Position numbers and translations under genes: made by a program
Shown here: positions 30,277-40,542 of the stretch, in pieces
How the letters are laid out: each line of letters starts with the position of its first letter
How positions within the stretch are numbered: position 1 is the stretch's first letter
Notes under the pieces: model-generated
The model's database searches: none
What the model was told of the DNA's origin: nothing
The model's input: the letters and a program-made list of their open reading frames with translations, nothing else
Assembly (NCBI GenBank): GCA_039630415.1
Contig: JBCNVB010000025.1
Span: forward strand, 1-64,000
Reading direction: 5' to 3'
DNA: 64,000 bases
From: a bacterium
GTDB lineage: Bacteria; DRYD01

Positions 30277-31773
30277 TTACTCCAAATAGCGATTTATAGT
30301 TATTCTAAATGCATTAGCAACAGCTAAATCATTTATCATTTCCTCTAGATTCATATCAGCTATAGTTCTAGAGATTTTTAATATTTTGTGGAGCTTTCTT
30401 ACAGATAACTTTTTTGAATCGTAAATATTTTGCAAAAATTGTTTGGCTTTATCAGTCAAAGTATTAAAGCAAAACTCATTTACCTCTTCTATAGATAGTT
30501 CCGAATTAAACTTTTGCTGATTCCTTTTTCTTCTAGCTATGTATGAATTTTCAACCATAGACAAATAAGTTTGAAAGTTATTCGTTTTCTGACTTACCAC
30601 TTGTTCAAATTTGATATTACCTACTTCTATGAATATATCGAATCTATCAAGTATAGGTCCAGATATTTTAGTCCAGTATTTGGATATGTTAGAAGGGTAG
30701 CAAGAACAAGCTTTAATCTTGGTTTTATAATATCCACAAGGACAGGGATTCATTGCTGCTATTAAGACAAAATCAGACGGATACTCAACTTTATAATCAG
30801 CTCTAGAAATGACTACCTTCCTATTTTCCATCGGTTCTCTTAAACCTTCTATAACATCCCTTCTAAACTCCGGAAACTCATCTAAAAAAAGAATTCCTTT
30901 ATGCGCTAAAGTTATCTCACCTATACTCTTGTGCCCACCAATAATCGAGGCGTATGAAGACGTGTGATGAGGATTTCTATAAGGTCTTACCTTTCTAAAT
31001 CGCTTCCAATATTCATAATCGTAACCAGCTTGGTTATATATCCTTGCTATTTCTATAAATTCTTGGTCATTTGGTGGTTGGAATAAACATAAAGCAGCTT
31101 TTGAAAGAATTGATTTACCAGTACCTGGTGGCCCCACCATAAGAATATTATGCTTACCCGCAGCAGATATTGCAATACAGTATTTTGCCATCTCCTGACC
31201 CCTAATACTCTCAAACAATTCCCTATACTCTCCCAAATTTATCTCCTGACTATCACTAGCTAACTCTTGACAATAATCTTTTTTCTCTATGTCAAAAATC
31301 TCCGCCAAACTACCAATAAATTTGACCATAAAATTGGAGTGTTTCTTTAGAACTAAAACCTCTTGCTTATTTGCACTAGGTAGTATAAGACTATTTTGAG
31401 TATCGATAGATAGCAGATAAGTTAAGATTCCTCTTACTGCTAAAACCTGACCATTTAGAGATAGTTCCCCAGCTATAATCAAGTCCTCAGATAGATCAAT
31501 AACTCCCAAAGCCTTAAGGATTGAAACAGCAATAGGTAAATCAAAATAGTTTCCCGTTTTGACAGTATCAACAGGATTTATATTTACAGTAATTTTCTTA
31601 TTCGGTAGATCTATTCCTAGAGTATTGAGAGCACCTTTGACTCTATCCCTTGATTCTTGAACAGTTTTAGAAGGTAAACCTATTATGTTAAAAGATGGTA
31701 ATCCTTTGGTTATTTTGCATTCAACAGATATGATTGGTGGGGATGTAAAAAAAGTTCGAACTTTTGAGTACAT
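30277..31773 (-). CDS. comM: YifB/ComM Mg-chelatase-like ATPase
   Basis: ESRDRV, FDLPIA, GPPGTGKS, PHHTSS, LFLDEFPEF, AMNPCPCG, SGPILDR. Confidence 0.92.
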   Translation of the reverse strand: MYSKVRTFFTSPPIISVECKITKGLPSFNIIGLPSKTVQESRDRVKGALNTLGIDLPNKKITVNINPVDTVKTGNYFDLPIAVSILKALGVIDLSEDLIIAGELSLNGQVLAVRGILTYLLSIDTQNSLILPSANKQEVLVLKKHSNFMVKFIGSLAEIFDIEKKDYCQELASDSQEINLGEYRELFESIRGQEMAKYCIAISAAGKHNILMVGPPGTGKSILSKAALCLFQPPNDQEFIEIARIYNQAGYDYEYWKRFRKVRPYRNPHHTSSYASIIGGHKSIGEITLAHKGILFLDEFPEFRRDVIEGLREPMENRKVVISRADYKVEYPSDFVLIAAMNPCPCGYYKTKIKACSCYPSNISKYWTKISGPILDRFDIFIEVGNIKFEQVVSQKTNNFQTYLSMVENSYIARRKRNQQKFNSELSIEEVNEFCFNTLTDKAKQFLQNIYDSKKLSVRKLHKILKISRTIADMNLEEMINDLAVANAFRITINRYLE

Positions 31774-31789
31774 TTAAGAAAGTGGAAAT

Positions 31790-32350
31790 TTAAGCGTAGA
31801 ATCCTGTTCCAAAATCTTCTTCTTTCCACTTGGACATGTTTTCTATTGCCATGTCAAGAGCTAGGTTTAGATGTTCAGTAGCTTCCGCTGCCAAACTTAA
31901 ACCCTGTTCTTTTACTCTTTCTATCTCATGTGCTATATTTTCTCTTATTTCTTCATTTGGAGCTGAATTCATTTGATCCAATAACTCTGGTAATGCTCTT
32001 AGTTCATCTATTGCTTGTAAGAACATATCTATTCCAGTTAGTCCTATCTCCAGCTGTTCTTTAAAGTAGGGTACCAGCTCTTCTGGTATTTCCATATTAC
32101 TTACTGCATTTCCAGCTTCTTCTATTTTATAGTATATATTATCAAGAACTTCGTAATATTCTTCGTAGGATATTTCATAGGATAGTAGCTGTTCTACTTT
32201 TAGTCTTACGGTATCATAGTTTCTGGTAACCTTTACTCTTGCTGGCCTGGCTACCGCCTGTGAGATTCTGGGTAAAGGAGCTCCACAACTGGTACAATAA
32301 TTTTCTGAATCTGGATTACTTATTCCACACTTAATACAAATTCTACCCAC
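31790..32350 (-). CDS. zinc-ribbon domain protein
   Basis: CIKCG...YCTSCGAPL followed by an acidic helical domain. Confidence 0.75.
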   Translation of the reverse strand: MGRICIKCGISNPDSENYCTSCGAPLPRISQAVARPARVKVTRNYDTVRLKVEQLLSYEISYEEYYEVLDNIYYKIEEAGNAVSNMEIPEELVPYFKEQLEIGLTGIDMFLQAIDELRALPELLDQMNSAPNEEIRENIAHEIERVKEQGLSLAAEATEHLNLALDMAIENMSKWKEEDFGTGFYA

Positions 32351-32418
32351 CTTACTAAAACCTCTTACTGTACTTTTTATCTACCTTAGAATTCTACTTT
32401 AGCACATTTACTCCTTCT

Positions 32419-32862
32419 TTATAACTTCATCATCATTTTTAGCCATTTACCAACTTTAGTTTGGTAGGTAAATCCAAGATTTTTGTAAAGTTTTTGTGCT
32501 CTATGGTTATCTTTTCCAACCCATAGTATCACTCCATTAACCTTTCTCCCTTGTTTTTTGTTTTTTCTCCTTGAGATAGCTATGAATTCATTTATAAGGT
32601 GGGTAGCTATTCCTAAACCCCTATACTCAGAAATCACTACCAATTCATGAAGATTTATAACATAATCTTCCTCTTGTTTATCGTAGTAATATCTATCTCC
32701 TGCTATAAAGCCTATTACACGGTTATTATGAGTCGCTACTATTATTATACTCGTTTCCTGGTTGTGATTAAAAAGCCATTCTATGTACCTTTCTACATCC
32801 TCCGGATTTTTATAATAATAATCCTCCATATCTTTGTAAGAAGATAGGTAGGTCACTATCAA
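32419..32862 (-). CDS. GNAT N-acetyltransferase
   Basis: V...YRGLGIA and N.RAQKLYKNLGF motifs; start uncertain. Confidence 0.88.
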   Translation of the reverse strand: MIVTYLSSYKDMEDYYYKNPEDVERYIEWLFNHNQETSIIIVATHNNRVIGFIAGDRYYYDKQEEDYVINLHELVVISEYRGLGIATHLINEFIAISRRKNKKQGRKVNGVILWVGKDNHRAQKLYKNLGFTYQTKVGKWLKMMMKL

Positions 32863-32974
32863 GTCTCTCTTGAGATTTACGAAATCCTGAAAATCTTCAA
32901 TTTCACTAAATTTTATTAAGTTTCAAGTAAAATTATCCTTGGAATACAAAGTTTTTCTATTAACTATTAACATA

Positions 32975-33005
32975 AAAACCACCTTCCCAATTTATATTTG
33001 GGAAG
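32975..33005 (-). terminator. putative intrinsic terminator downstream of the TrmH-family gene
   Basis: CTTCCCAA-N7-TTGGGAAG hairpin followed on the minus strand by GTGGTTTTT. Confidence 0.45.
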
Positions 33006-33013
33006 TCTATACT

Positions 33014-33814
33014 CTAAATCCTTAATCTTTGATTTATCAAAAAACAAATGATACTATGAGTTGCAAAAACATTCAAACTATCTATTCTGACATCTATCCT
33101 AATCTCTTGATAATTTTTGAATATTTCGTATAATTCTCTACTAATCCCTTTTTCTTCATTACCCAAAATAAAGAAGTTGGTACAATTAACAAGACCATGA
33201 AAATCCAAAGTTGATATATCCCGACACTCCAATCGATTTTGTAAGAAATAAGCTCTGTAATTTATACCCTGATTAATTAATGTTTTAATGAATTCTGCTA
33301 AGTTTTGATAGTTAGTCATTCTTATTTTTTGCTCAAAAACATATCCTTTAGAAGCTCTTATAACTCTGGGATTATATGGGAAAACGCAATTACCCACTAA
33401 AATAACGTCTAATACCCCAAAAGCACTATTGTTCCTAAACATCCCCCCCAAATTCCAAGGATTCTGAATAGAATCCAAAACCAAACAAACCCTAAGTTTA
33501 CTTAAATCATCACCGTAAGTAAGCTGATTTATTCGATTAATCAAGTCAGATATATCTATAATCGCACATAGAGAAGGATTATCTATCTCCAATATTTTTG
33601 CTAAAATTTGTTTTGAAACAACCTGAACATTTTTGAAATGTTTAATTATTTGAAGCTTTTCAAATTTGGGAGTTACAAAAATCGCTTTTACTAGTCCCCC
33701 AAAACCAAGGTCTAACAAAACTTTGAAAGATTCAAGATCATCTATTAAAGTTAGACATCTTTTTTTTGAAAATCTAGAATCTTCCTTTATCCTGGATATG
33801 ATTGATAGATGCAT
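33014..33814 (-). CDS. TrmH/SpoU family RNA methyltransferase
   Basis: LDSIQNPWNLG, RASKG, LGNEEKGIS, DSLNV. Confidence 0.88.
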   Translation of the reverse strand: MHLSIISRIKEDSRFSKKRCLTLIDDLESFKVLLDLGFGGLVKAIFVTPKFEKLQIIKHFKNVQVVSKQILAKILEIDNPSLCAIIDISDLINRINQLTYGDDLSKLRVCLVLDSIQNPWNLGGMFRNNSAFGVLDVILVGNCVFPYNPRVIRASKGYVFEQKIRMTNYQNLAEFIKTLINQGINYRAYFLQNRLECRDISTLDFHGLVNCTNFFILGNEEKGISRELYEIFKNYQEIRIDVRIDSLNVFATHSIICFLINQRLRI

Positions 33815-34500
33815 TAATCTATTGATTCCGGAATTTGTTGCCAGATTTCTTCAGGGAAAACTAGAATCTTAGGTAACTCGGGTAAAGAATTTATGGTAAC
33901 AAAATAATCATTACAAACCTGTATTGAAGGATAGTTTATTTCATCCCAAGAACTAGCAATCCAAGGAGTATAAGAAGTTTTGTAATGTATAGGTATACAT
34001 ATCATAGCTTTTAACTGCTCCATTAGGATAAGTATTTCAGAAGGTCCAATAGTGTATCCCCCTCCTCCAACAGGAGCAATCAAAACATCTACTATACCAC
34101 CAATCTGATTTATTTGCTGCTCTTTCAAAATATGTCCTAAATCCCCACAGTGCGCTACTCTTATACCATCTACTACAAAAAACCAAATCGTATTGGGACC
34201 ATATTTCTTTCCCTCTAGATTATCATGAAATGAAGGAATAGCTAAAAACTCTATTACCTCCTTGTCAAATTTTATTTCAAATGAAGCTAGAGAGTCCGTA
34301 GTTCTCCTCAGTACCTTTGGATTACCCATAACTAAATGAGGAGCATTATGATCTGGATGTAAATGGGATATTAAAACAACATCGGACTTAACCTTAGGAA
34401 ATGTTTTGTTAACCTTTAAATGATAAGGATCAATAATAATTCTTGATCCATGGTTAGTTGATATCATTACACTAGAGTGTCCCAAGTAAGTTAACTTCAT
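33814..34500 (-). CDS. MBL-fold metallo-hydrolase
   Basis: Start MKLTYLGHSS at 34500; IIDPY, SHLHPDH, HCGDLGH, PIHY. Confidence 0.88.
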   Translation of the reverse strand: MKLTYLGHSSVMISTNHGSRIIIDPYHLKVNKTFPKVKSDVVLISHLHPDHNAPHLVMGNPKVLRRTTDSLASFEIKFDKEVIEFLAIPSFHDNLEGKKYGPNTIWFFVVDGIRVAHCGDLGHILKEQQINQIGGIVDVLIAPVGGGGYTIGPSEILILMEQLKAMICIPIHYKTSYTPWIASSWDEINYPSIQVCNDYFVTINSLPELPKILVFPEEIWQQIPESID

Positions 34501-35087
34501 ATTTTGATTATCCTCCCTCTTAGTAGGATTATTATATACATTCCAAGTACAATAAGCCAAGTCCAATACTCAGTTCTTAAAACAGGAGTCATCCTAAATC
34601 TACCCTTAGAAGGTATTTTCTTAAAATTAATAAACCATCTGGGTACCTGATTTTTGTACTCTATATATTCTTGTCCAAATTTTTTCTCCAAAAACTCTTC
34701 CTCCGCGGGTATTACCAAAAAGTTGTAAAATAGAAAGTATATAGTAGCAGTTAACAAACCTACCAAAACCGATATGTTTAAACCATACCCACCAAAAGAA
34801 AAAATAGCTAACCCAATCGCTATCAATGTGTTTGCTATATAAACCGGATTTCTTGAGTACTGGTAAGGACCTGAAGTAATCAAATTAGCTATGTTAGGCA
34901 CCTCATCTCTACTCTTTACACCCAAATAACCTAAACATACCACTCTAATAATTAAACCAATCAGAACAAGTATACTTCCCAAAAGCAAAGAAATAATCGT
35001 AGGTTTAGCCCAAATAATCGTTATTATAGCAAAGGGTATAGGAAAAAGTGCTCTGTATCTAAAACCAATGTATGAAATCTCTTTCAT
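34497..35087 (-). CDS. isoprenylcysteine carboxyl methyltransferase (ICMT/PEMT) family membrane protein
   Basis: LITSGPYQYSRNPVY, EEEFLEKKFGQEY..Y...VPRW. Confidence 0.87.
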   Translation of the reverse strand: MKEISYIGFRYRALFPIPFAIITIIWAKPTIISLLLGSILVLIGLIIRVVCLGYLGVKSRDEVPNIANLITSGPYQYSRNPVYIANTLIAIGLAIFSFGGYGLNISVLVGLLTATIYFLFYNFLVIPAEEEFLEKKFGQEYIEYKNQVPRWFINFKKIPSKGRFRMTPVLRTEYWTWLIVLGMYIIILLRGRIIKI

Positions 35088-35101
35088 TTAATAATCTCCA
35101 T

Positions 35102-35743
35102 CTATTGGCCAAAATTATTAAGCGGAGTAACAAACAATGATGCACCTATAGTCTGTGTACTATTCTCACCAACAGTTCTCTTCACAAAATTCATCCTTAT
35201 TGTTACCGTATTTTCCATGTTATTCATCAATATATCAAAAGCATAAATGTTGGTTGATAAACCTGATATGATTACTTCACTTGAATTAACTCCTCCAGTG
35301 ATTCGAAGTGTCCGTACATTTGAACTACGTATATTAGTAATATTCTCTACGATAAAAGTCGACGGTTGGGTACTACTACTTACTTTAAACCTAACATAAA
35401 AGAGATGTCCTGTATTTTCAGGTTGTTGTCTATCAATCGTGCAAACTATGCCAACATATTCAAAGTCCCCCTTTTCTGTTTGCAAAGGGAAAAATATGGA
35501 ATCTCTGGGTAAATCATCCAAAGTTGTATTATTTTGATGAAAAATATACCTGTAATCAGTTTGTCTAAGAGTTTTTTGGAGTATAGTAGTAGTTTTTTTC
35601 ATTTCATTTTGAATTGTATTATAGGTCATACCTCTGCCCCAATAACTCTGACCCAATTTAAACAACGCAAACAAACAAATAGAAACAAAAGAGAATATTG
35701 CTGTAGAAAGAAGAACCTCTACCAAAGTCATTCCTTTTTTCAT
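35102..35743 (-). CDS. prepilin-type N-terminal domain protein
   Basis: MKKGMTLVEVL. Confidence 0.85.
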   Translation of the reverse strand: MKKGMTLVEVLLSTAIFSFVSICLFALFKLGQSYWGRGMTYNTIQNEMKKTTTILQKTLRQTDYRYIFHQNNTTLDDLPRDSIFFPLQTEKGDFEYVGIVCTIDRQQPENTGHLFYVRFKVSSSTQPSTFIVENITNIRSSNVRTLRITGGVNSSEVIISGLSTNIYAFDILMNNMENTVTIRMNFVKRTVGENSTQTIGASLFVTPLNNFGQ

Positions 35744-35757
35744 ATGCCTTCCACCTC

Positions 35758-36243
35758 TTATTCAGGGATATTAATTATTCTTTCAAGGGAAATACTTGAT
35801 CTTCCATATCCCCTAATTAATTGACCTTGTCTGGATCGATTCTCAAACCAGCTTACTTCTACTCTAATTATACACATACTGGCTACATCTGATCGACTTA
35901 ACTCAGTAGCTGAAATCATTATAGTATAATTTCTTCTACCAATATATTGTTGCTTGTAAATCTTACCAAATTGAGTCGCTACTCTTGTTGTAAAATTTTG
36001 ATTTTGGTTATTGACTAGAGCACGTGCTCTCTGCTTTAAAAGCTCTTGCTCACTAGATGCATACATACTATACAAATTCAAATACGACAGAGCTATAAAA
36101 TTAGCTATGTTTTCTTCATTTATCTTAGTACTGCTCGTAAAAAACATAGAATACATCCCTATGACAAATATTATTACCAAAGCTAGTATTGCAACCGAGA
36201 AAGCTAACTCTAATATACTAAAGCCCTTCTTAAAACTATTCAT
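35758..36243 (-). CDS. prepilin-type (PilV-like) protein
   Basis: KKGFSILEL and C-terminal IRVEVSW motif. Confidence 0.82.
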   Translation of the reverse strand: MNSFKKGFSILELAFSVAILALVIIFVIGMYSMFFTSSTKINEENIANFIALSYLNLYSMYASSEQELLKQRARALVNNQNQNFTTRVATQFGKIYKQQYIGRRNYTIMISATELSRSDVASMCIIRVEVSWFENRSRQGQLIRGYGRSSISLERIINIPE

Positions 36244-36369
36244 AAAATCCCTCCCGAATATACCAAATTAACACACCAAAACTTCACTCTAATAATTCTA
36301 TTGTACAAAAATCTATAAATTCCTTAATGTTCCTACACTTAACTAAACATAAAGGTGATATTTTGATTT

Positions 36370-36696
36370 TTGTCAAAATATAAAACAATGAAAAGACATA
36401 TCAAAAAAAGAGCACTAGAGCCTAAAAGACTCTTCTGCAAAATCCTTCAAAAAGAAGTTACTGTACTAATCGAACACTTAGACTACAAATCAATCTATTA
36501 CTCAGACAAAATAGGGGAAATATATTGCTCAAACATACTAGAATGCTACCAGAATAACATAAAGTGTAAATATAGTGGGATAAGTAAATTCTTCCCAGAT
36601 CCATTCGATAAAAATTTTAATGACATCTTCTACAAAGAATTTGTCGGAGAAAAAGAATTTAAAAGAATTCAAAAATTAAGAAAACAAAAGGCATAA
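36370..36696 (+). CDS. small Cys-containing hypothetical protein
   Basis: 108-aa ORF with four Cys; start may be ATG 36388. Confidence 0.6.
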   Translation: MSKYKTMKRHIKKRALEPKRLFCKILQKEVTVLIEHLDYKSIYYSDKIGEIYCSNILECYQNNIKCKYSGISKFFPDPFDKNFNDIFYKEFVGEKEFKRIQKLRKQKA

Positions 36697-36704
36697 TCTT
36701 AATT

Positions 36705-37076
36705 ATGCTCGAATCCTTCGGTCAACTCATAAAAAAAATGCTAACTACATACCCACCACTCCTAAAAATAATCCTAACACTCAAAAAAAATAAACTCCTA
36801 CAAAATACAAGAATAAAAAAAATACAAAACAATACACTAATTATCTCTGCAAACAACTACCAAACTTATCAACTACTCCTGCTTAATAGAGAAAAACTAA
36901 ATAAATATATAAACCAAGTTTTCAGAAAAAATGGAGCAAATGTAACCATAAGAAACGTCAAAATAGAATCAACCCCACAAGTAGAAACAAAACCTCATAG
37001 GAAAATTAACCATGAACTAATAAAAAAAATAAGGGAAATAAGGGAAAAACTTTACGGTGATCGACTATGGAAATAA
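36705..37076 (+). CDS. DUF721/DciA-like protein
   Basis: IQNNTLIISA..YQLLLLNREKL..IN...IRNVKI resembles the DciA KH-like domain. Confidence 0.55.
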   Translation: MLESFGQLIKKMLTTYPPLLKIILTLKKNKLLQNTRIKKIQNNTLIISANNYQTYQLLLLNREKLNKYINQVFRKNGANVTIRNVKIESTPQVETKPHRKINHELIKKIREIREKLYGDRLWK

Positions 37077-38137
37077 GTGATTTAACTCCCAGGCAAAAAA
37101 CAGCAATAATACTAACTTCATTACCCCAAGAAGTAGCTAACTCAATTTTAATGGGTTTTAGTCCAGAAGAAAGAAGAGCTATTAACGCAGAATTCCCCCG
37201 CGTAAGAGATATACCCGAAAATATAAAACAACAGGTCCTAAATGAATTTCTTCAAAAAAATAAGCAAACCATATCCTCCGTTCAAAAACAAGAACAACCA
37301 AAAGAAGAACAAGTATCTATTTCACAAAGTTTAGATAAGCTCCTAGGTAAGCCAACTGTCAGTAGTCAACCTTCCGGCCACTCCCCAGTAGCACCCACCT
37401 TCTCCTCAACTATTAAATCCTCAAAACCACTAGATTTCATAGCAGCAATTAACCCCAAAAAAGTATACTGGGTACTGAGAAACGAAAGTAGTGCAACCAT
37501 AGCTTTCGTACTTTCACAACTTGCCCCAGCAGTATCACAAAGAATACTATCCGTATTCCCCACCTCACAACAAACTGAAATAAATAAACACCTAGTCGGC
37601 ATAAGAAAAGTCGATAACAGAGTAATAGAAGCAATCTCAAAATTTATAAAGCAAGAAATAGAAGAAATAGATATACCCATGGTAGGAGAAACCATCTCAG
37701 TTCCACCATCCTCCATGCCCACAGTACCCACCTCAACTAGTCCCCCTACTCCAGTTTCAGCACCTACCACCCCAACCCCAACCGCTCCTCCTATCACACA
37801 AACTACACCACCAATATCTCCACAAACAGTAACTACAGCCTCTATCATCATCTCAAACAAAAAAATGGATTTTACAGACATATCTCTTCTTAAACCAGCA
37901 GATATGGAACATCTACTAAAACTAACTAACAAAAACGACTGGGTAATAGCACTAAAAGGACTACCTCCAGAAATAGTAGATAAAATCCTATCCATAATGC
38001 CACAAGTACAAGCTAAAGTCATCAAAAAAGAAATAGAAACAACACCCGCATCAAAAGAAGATATCATAAAGGCACAAAGAGATATCCTATTTAAAATAAA
38101 AGGTCTAGTAACTATAGGAAAAGTAAAAATAGCTTAA
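37067..38137 (+). CDS. FliG-like protein (divergent, Pro/Thr-rich linker)
   Basis: LTPRQKTAIIL N-domain, E...TIAFVLSQL M-domain, FTDI...IALKG...AQRDI C-domain. Confidence 0.75.
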   Translation: MEISDLTPRQKTAIILTSLPQEVANSILMGFSPEERRAINAEFPRVRDIPENIKQQVLNEFLQKNKQTISSVQKQEQPKEEQVSISQSLDKLLGKPTVSSQPSGHSPVAPTFSSTIKSSKPLDFIAAINPKKVYWVLRNESSATIAFVLSQLAPAVSQRILSVFPTSQQTEINKHLVGIRKVDNRVIEAISKFIKQEIEEIDIPMVGETISVPPSSMPTVPTSTSPPTPVSAPTTPTPTAPPITQTTPPISPQTVTTASIIISNKKMDFTDISLLKPADMEHLLKLTNKNDWVIALKGLPPEIVDKILSIMPQVQAKVIKKEIETTPASKEDIIKAQRDILFKIKGLVTIGKVKIA

Positions 38138-38784
38138 TGAAACTTTTCTTAATTGCTAACGGTAAAATACCTAATTTATTAAAATACTACCAATTACTTT
38201 CCCCAGACCAAATAATAGCAGTTAATGGAGGAACAAACAAAGCACTAAAATACAATATCTACCCACACGTAGTAATCGGAGACTTAGACTCACTCAAAAA
38301 AAAATTTCAAGGCAAACTAATCAAATACCCCAAACAAAAAGATAAAAGTGACCTAGAACTAGCTATCGATTACATCCTATCAATCAAATCCATAACTAAA
38401 CTATTCTGTTTTGGTATACTGGGTAACAGAATAGATCATACACTCGTAAATCTTAATCTCTTATCAAAATTCAATTACTCACCACCTATTATCATATACC
38501 CCAAACAAACAATAACTATTCTAACCTCAAATCAAAGCATTTTGAATATACCCCCAAAAACTAAACTTTCGATAATCTCATTAGATAAAACCTCACAAGT
38601 ACTAATAGAAGGCTTTAAATATCAGGGCAATTACCCAATCCCATTCCTTTCTTCACTAGGAATATCTAACATCTCTAACTCTGAAAATAACCAAATACTA
38701 TGCCAAAATGGTAAAATCATTATCCTAATATACCAAGAATACTATGATTTATTGCACAAAAACTTTTTAATAAACCCTTCATGA
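38137..38784 (+). CDS. thiN: thiamine pyrophosphokinase
   Basis: IANG, GDLDS, KDKSDLELA, GNRIDH, GISN. Confidence 0.9.
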   Translation: MKLFLIANGKIPNLLKYYQLLSPDQIIAVNGGTNKALKYNIYPHVVIGDLDSLKKKFQGKLIKYPKQKDKSDLELAIDYILSIKSITKLFCFGILGNRIDHTLVNLNLLSKFNYSPPIIIYPKQTITILTSNQSILNIPPKTKLSIISLDKTSQVLIEGFKYQGNYPIPFLSSLGISNISNSENNQILCQNGKIIILIYQEYYDLLHKNFLINPS

Positions 38785-39863
38785 CAAAAGATAAGGTAAT
38801 AATAGTAGGGTTAAAAAATAAGCAAAATGAAAGCTATTATCAAGAGAGTTTAGAAGAGCTAAAAGATTTATTAAGCTTTGCAGGAGCTGAACTAAAATTC
38901 ATAGTAACCCAAAACTCAAATACTATAAACCCAGCCACACTCATAGGTAAAGGGAAAATACAAGAAATAAAAAATCTAGCTGAGCACCTTGAAGCAAACA
39001 CCATCCTTTTTTTAAACCACCTAACACCAACTCAATTCAAAAATCTAGAAAGAGAACTTGAAAATTACAAAGTAATCGATAGAGTTGCATTAATACTAGA
39101 TATATTCGCTCAGAGAGCAAAAACAATAGAAGGTAAACTACAAGTAGAATTAGCACAACTAAACTACCTACTACCCAGAACAGTAGGATACGGTAGAATG
39201 CTATCCAGACTAGGAGGAGGAATAGGAACTAGAGGACCAGGTGAAAAAAAATTAACCACCGAAAAAAGAAAAATCCTTAAAAGAATTAACCACATCAAAT
39301 CTAAACTAAAAGAAGTTGAAAAAAATAGAAACATACAAAGAAAAAACCGGCTAAATAGTCCATACCCAATTGTTTCAATCGTAGGATATACAAACGCAGG
39401 TAAATCAACCCTATTCAACGCACTAACAAAATCAAAAGTAGCTGTAGACAGCAGAGCCTTCACCACCCTAGACCCCAAAACACAAATATGCTACATAGAT
39501 AAAAACCTTAAAATCCTTCTAACAGACACCGTGGGATTCGTAAGAAATCTACCTCAAGAACTACTAGATGCATTCCAAGCAACCTTCGAAGAACTAATAT
39601 ACAGCAACCTACATATACTCATTTTTGACGCATCTAACCCAAACTTCAAAACACACATACAAGAAACACTCAAACTACTAGACGAAATAGGAGCAAGTTC
39701 TACACCACAAATCAAAGTCTTTAACAAAATCGATAAAATAGATAAATCAATCCTTGAAAAACTAAAAGAAAAATATCCAGATTTTTTACTCATATCCGCT
39801 AAAACAAAACAAAATCTAGATCTACTGAAAAAACGTATAAAAGAGGTTCTTCAAAATGGGTAA
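38781..39863 (+). CDS. hflX: GTPase HflX
   Basis: ILDIFAQRA, GGGIGTRGPGE, GYTNAGKST, DTVGF, NKID. Confidence 0.97.
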   Translation: MTKDKVIIVGLKNKQNESYYQESLEELKDLLSFAGAELKFIVTQNSNTINPATLIGKGKIQEIKNLAEHLEANTILFLNHLTPTQFKNLERELENYKVIDRVALILDIFAQRAKTIEGKLQVELAQLNYLLPRTVGYGRMLSRLGGGIGTRGPGEKKLTTEKRKILKRINHIKSKLKEVEKNRNIQRKNRLNSPYPIVSIVGYTNAGKSTLFNALTKSKVAVDSRAFTTLDPKTQICYIDKNLKILLTDTVGFVRNLPQELLDAFQATFEELIYSNLHILIFDASNPNFKTHIQETLKLLDEIGASSTPQIKVFNKIDKIDKSILEKLKEKYPDFLLISAKTKQNLDLLKKRIKEVLQNG

Positions 39864-40539
39864 AGTCAAAATAAAATTAAAGAATGTAACAAAATTTTAC
39901 ACCAGTGGACAAGAAAAAATTATGGTTTTAAATAACATTAACATAGAAATCATGGAGGGAGATTTTATAGTTCTAATGGGTCCAAGTGGAGCAGGTAAAA
40001 CTACCCTCCTATTTGTAATCTCAGGTTTGGAAAGACCAACTCTAGGAAATGTATTCTGGGATAATGTACCTATAGATACCCTCAACGATAGCGAAATACA
40101 GAATTATAGATTGCAAAAAATTGGATTTGTATTTCAAAATTATTATCTCATTCCTTCCTTGACAGCTATAGAAAATGTATGTTTACCTATGATGCTTTTA
40201 AACCGACTAAACTATAATCAAATACAAAGGATATCGAAAAATTTGTTAGAAAAAGTAGGTATACCAGCTAGTAGACATAATGATTTGGTATCAAAATTTT
40301 CGGGGGGTCAAATGCAGAGAATAGCTATAGCCAGAGCCTTAGCTAATAACCCCGATATAATTATAGCAGACGAACCCACAGGTAATTTAGATACCAAAAA
40401 TGCTAAGAATATCATGGAACTACTAACCCAAGTAAATAAGGAATTAGGTAAGACAATAATTTTAGCTACTCACGATCCCAAAATAGCCTCCTTCGCAGAC
40501 AAAGTAGCATTTATTCAAGACGGAAAGATATCTTACTAA
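39856..40539 (+). CDS. ABC transporter ATP-binding protein (LolD/MacB-like)
   Basis: GPSGAGKT, FSGGQMQR, ADEPTGNLD, THD. Confidence 0.92.
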   Translation: MGKVKIKLKNVTKFYTSGQEKIMVLNNINIEIMEGDFIVLMGPSGAGKTTLLFVISGLERPTLGNVFWDNVPIDTLNDSEIQNYRLQKIGFVFQNYYLIPSLTAIENVCLPMMLLNRLNYNQIQRISKNLLEKVGIPASRHNDLVSKFSGGQMQRIAIARALANNPDIIIADEPTGNLDTKNAKNIMELLTQVNKELGKTIILATHDPKIASFADKVAFIQDGKISY

Positions 40540-40542
40540 GCA

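Noticed and set aside
37366-38067. Antisense and overlapping short ORFs (e.g. 37366-38067, 48497-48856, 46916-47281, 57742-58113)
   Set aside because: Shadows of well-supported genes on the opposite strand with no recognisable motifs.
2143-38890. GGAGCT or CCGC as the motif marking skew switches
   Set aside because: Present at some switches (2153, 8409, 10716, 38883) but missing at others and also found away from switches; cannot be supported by eye.
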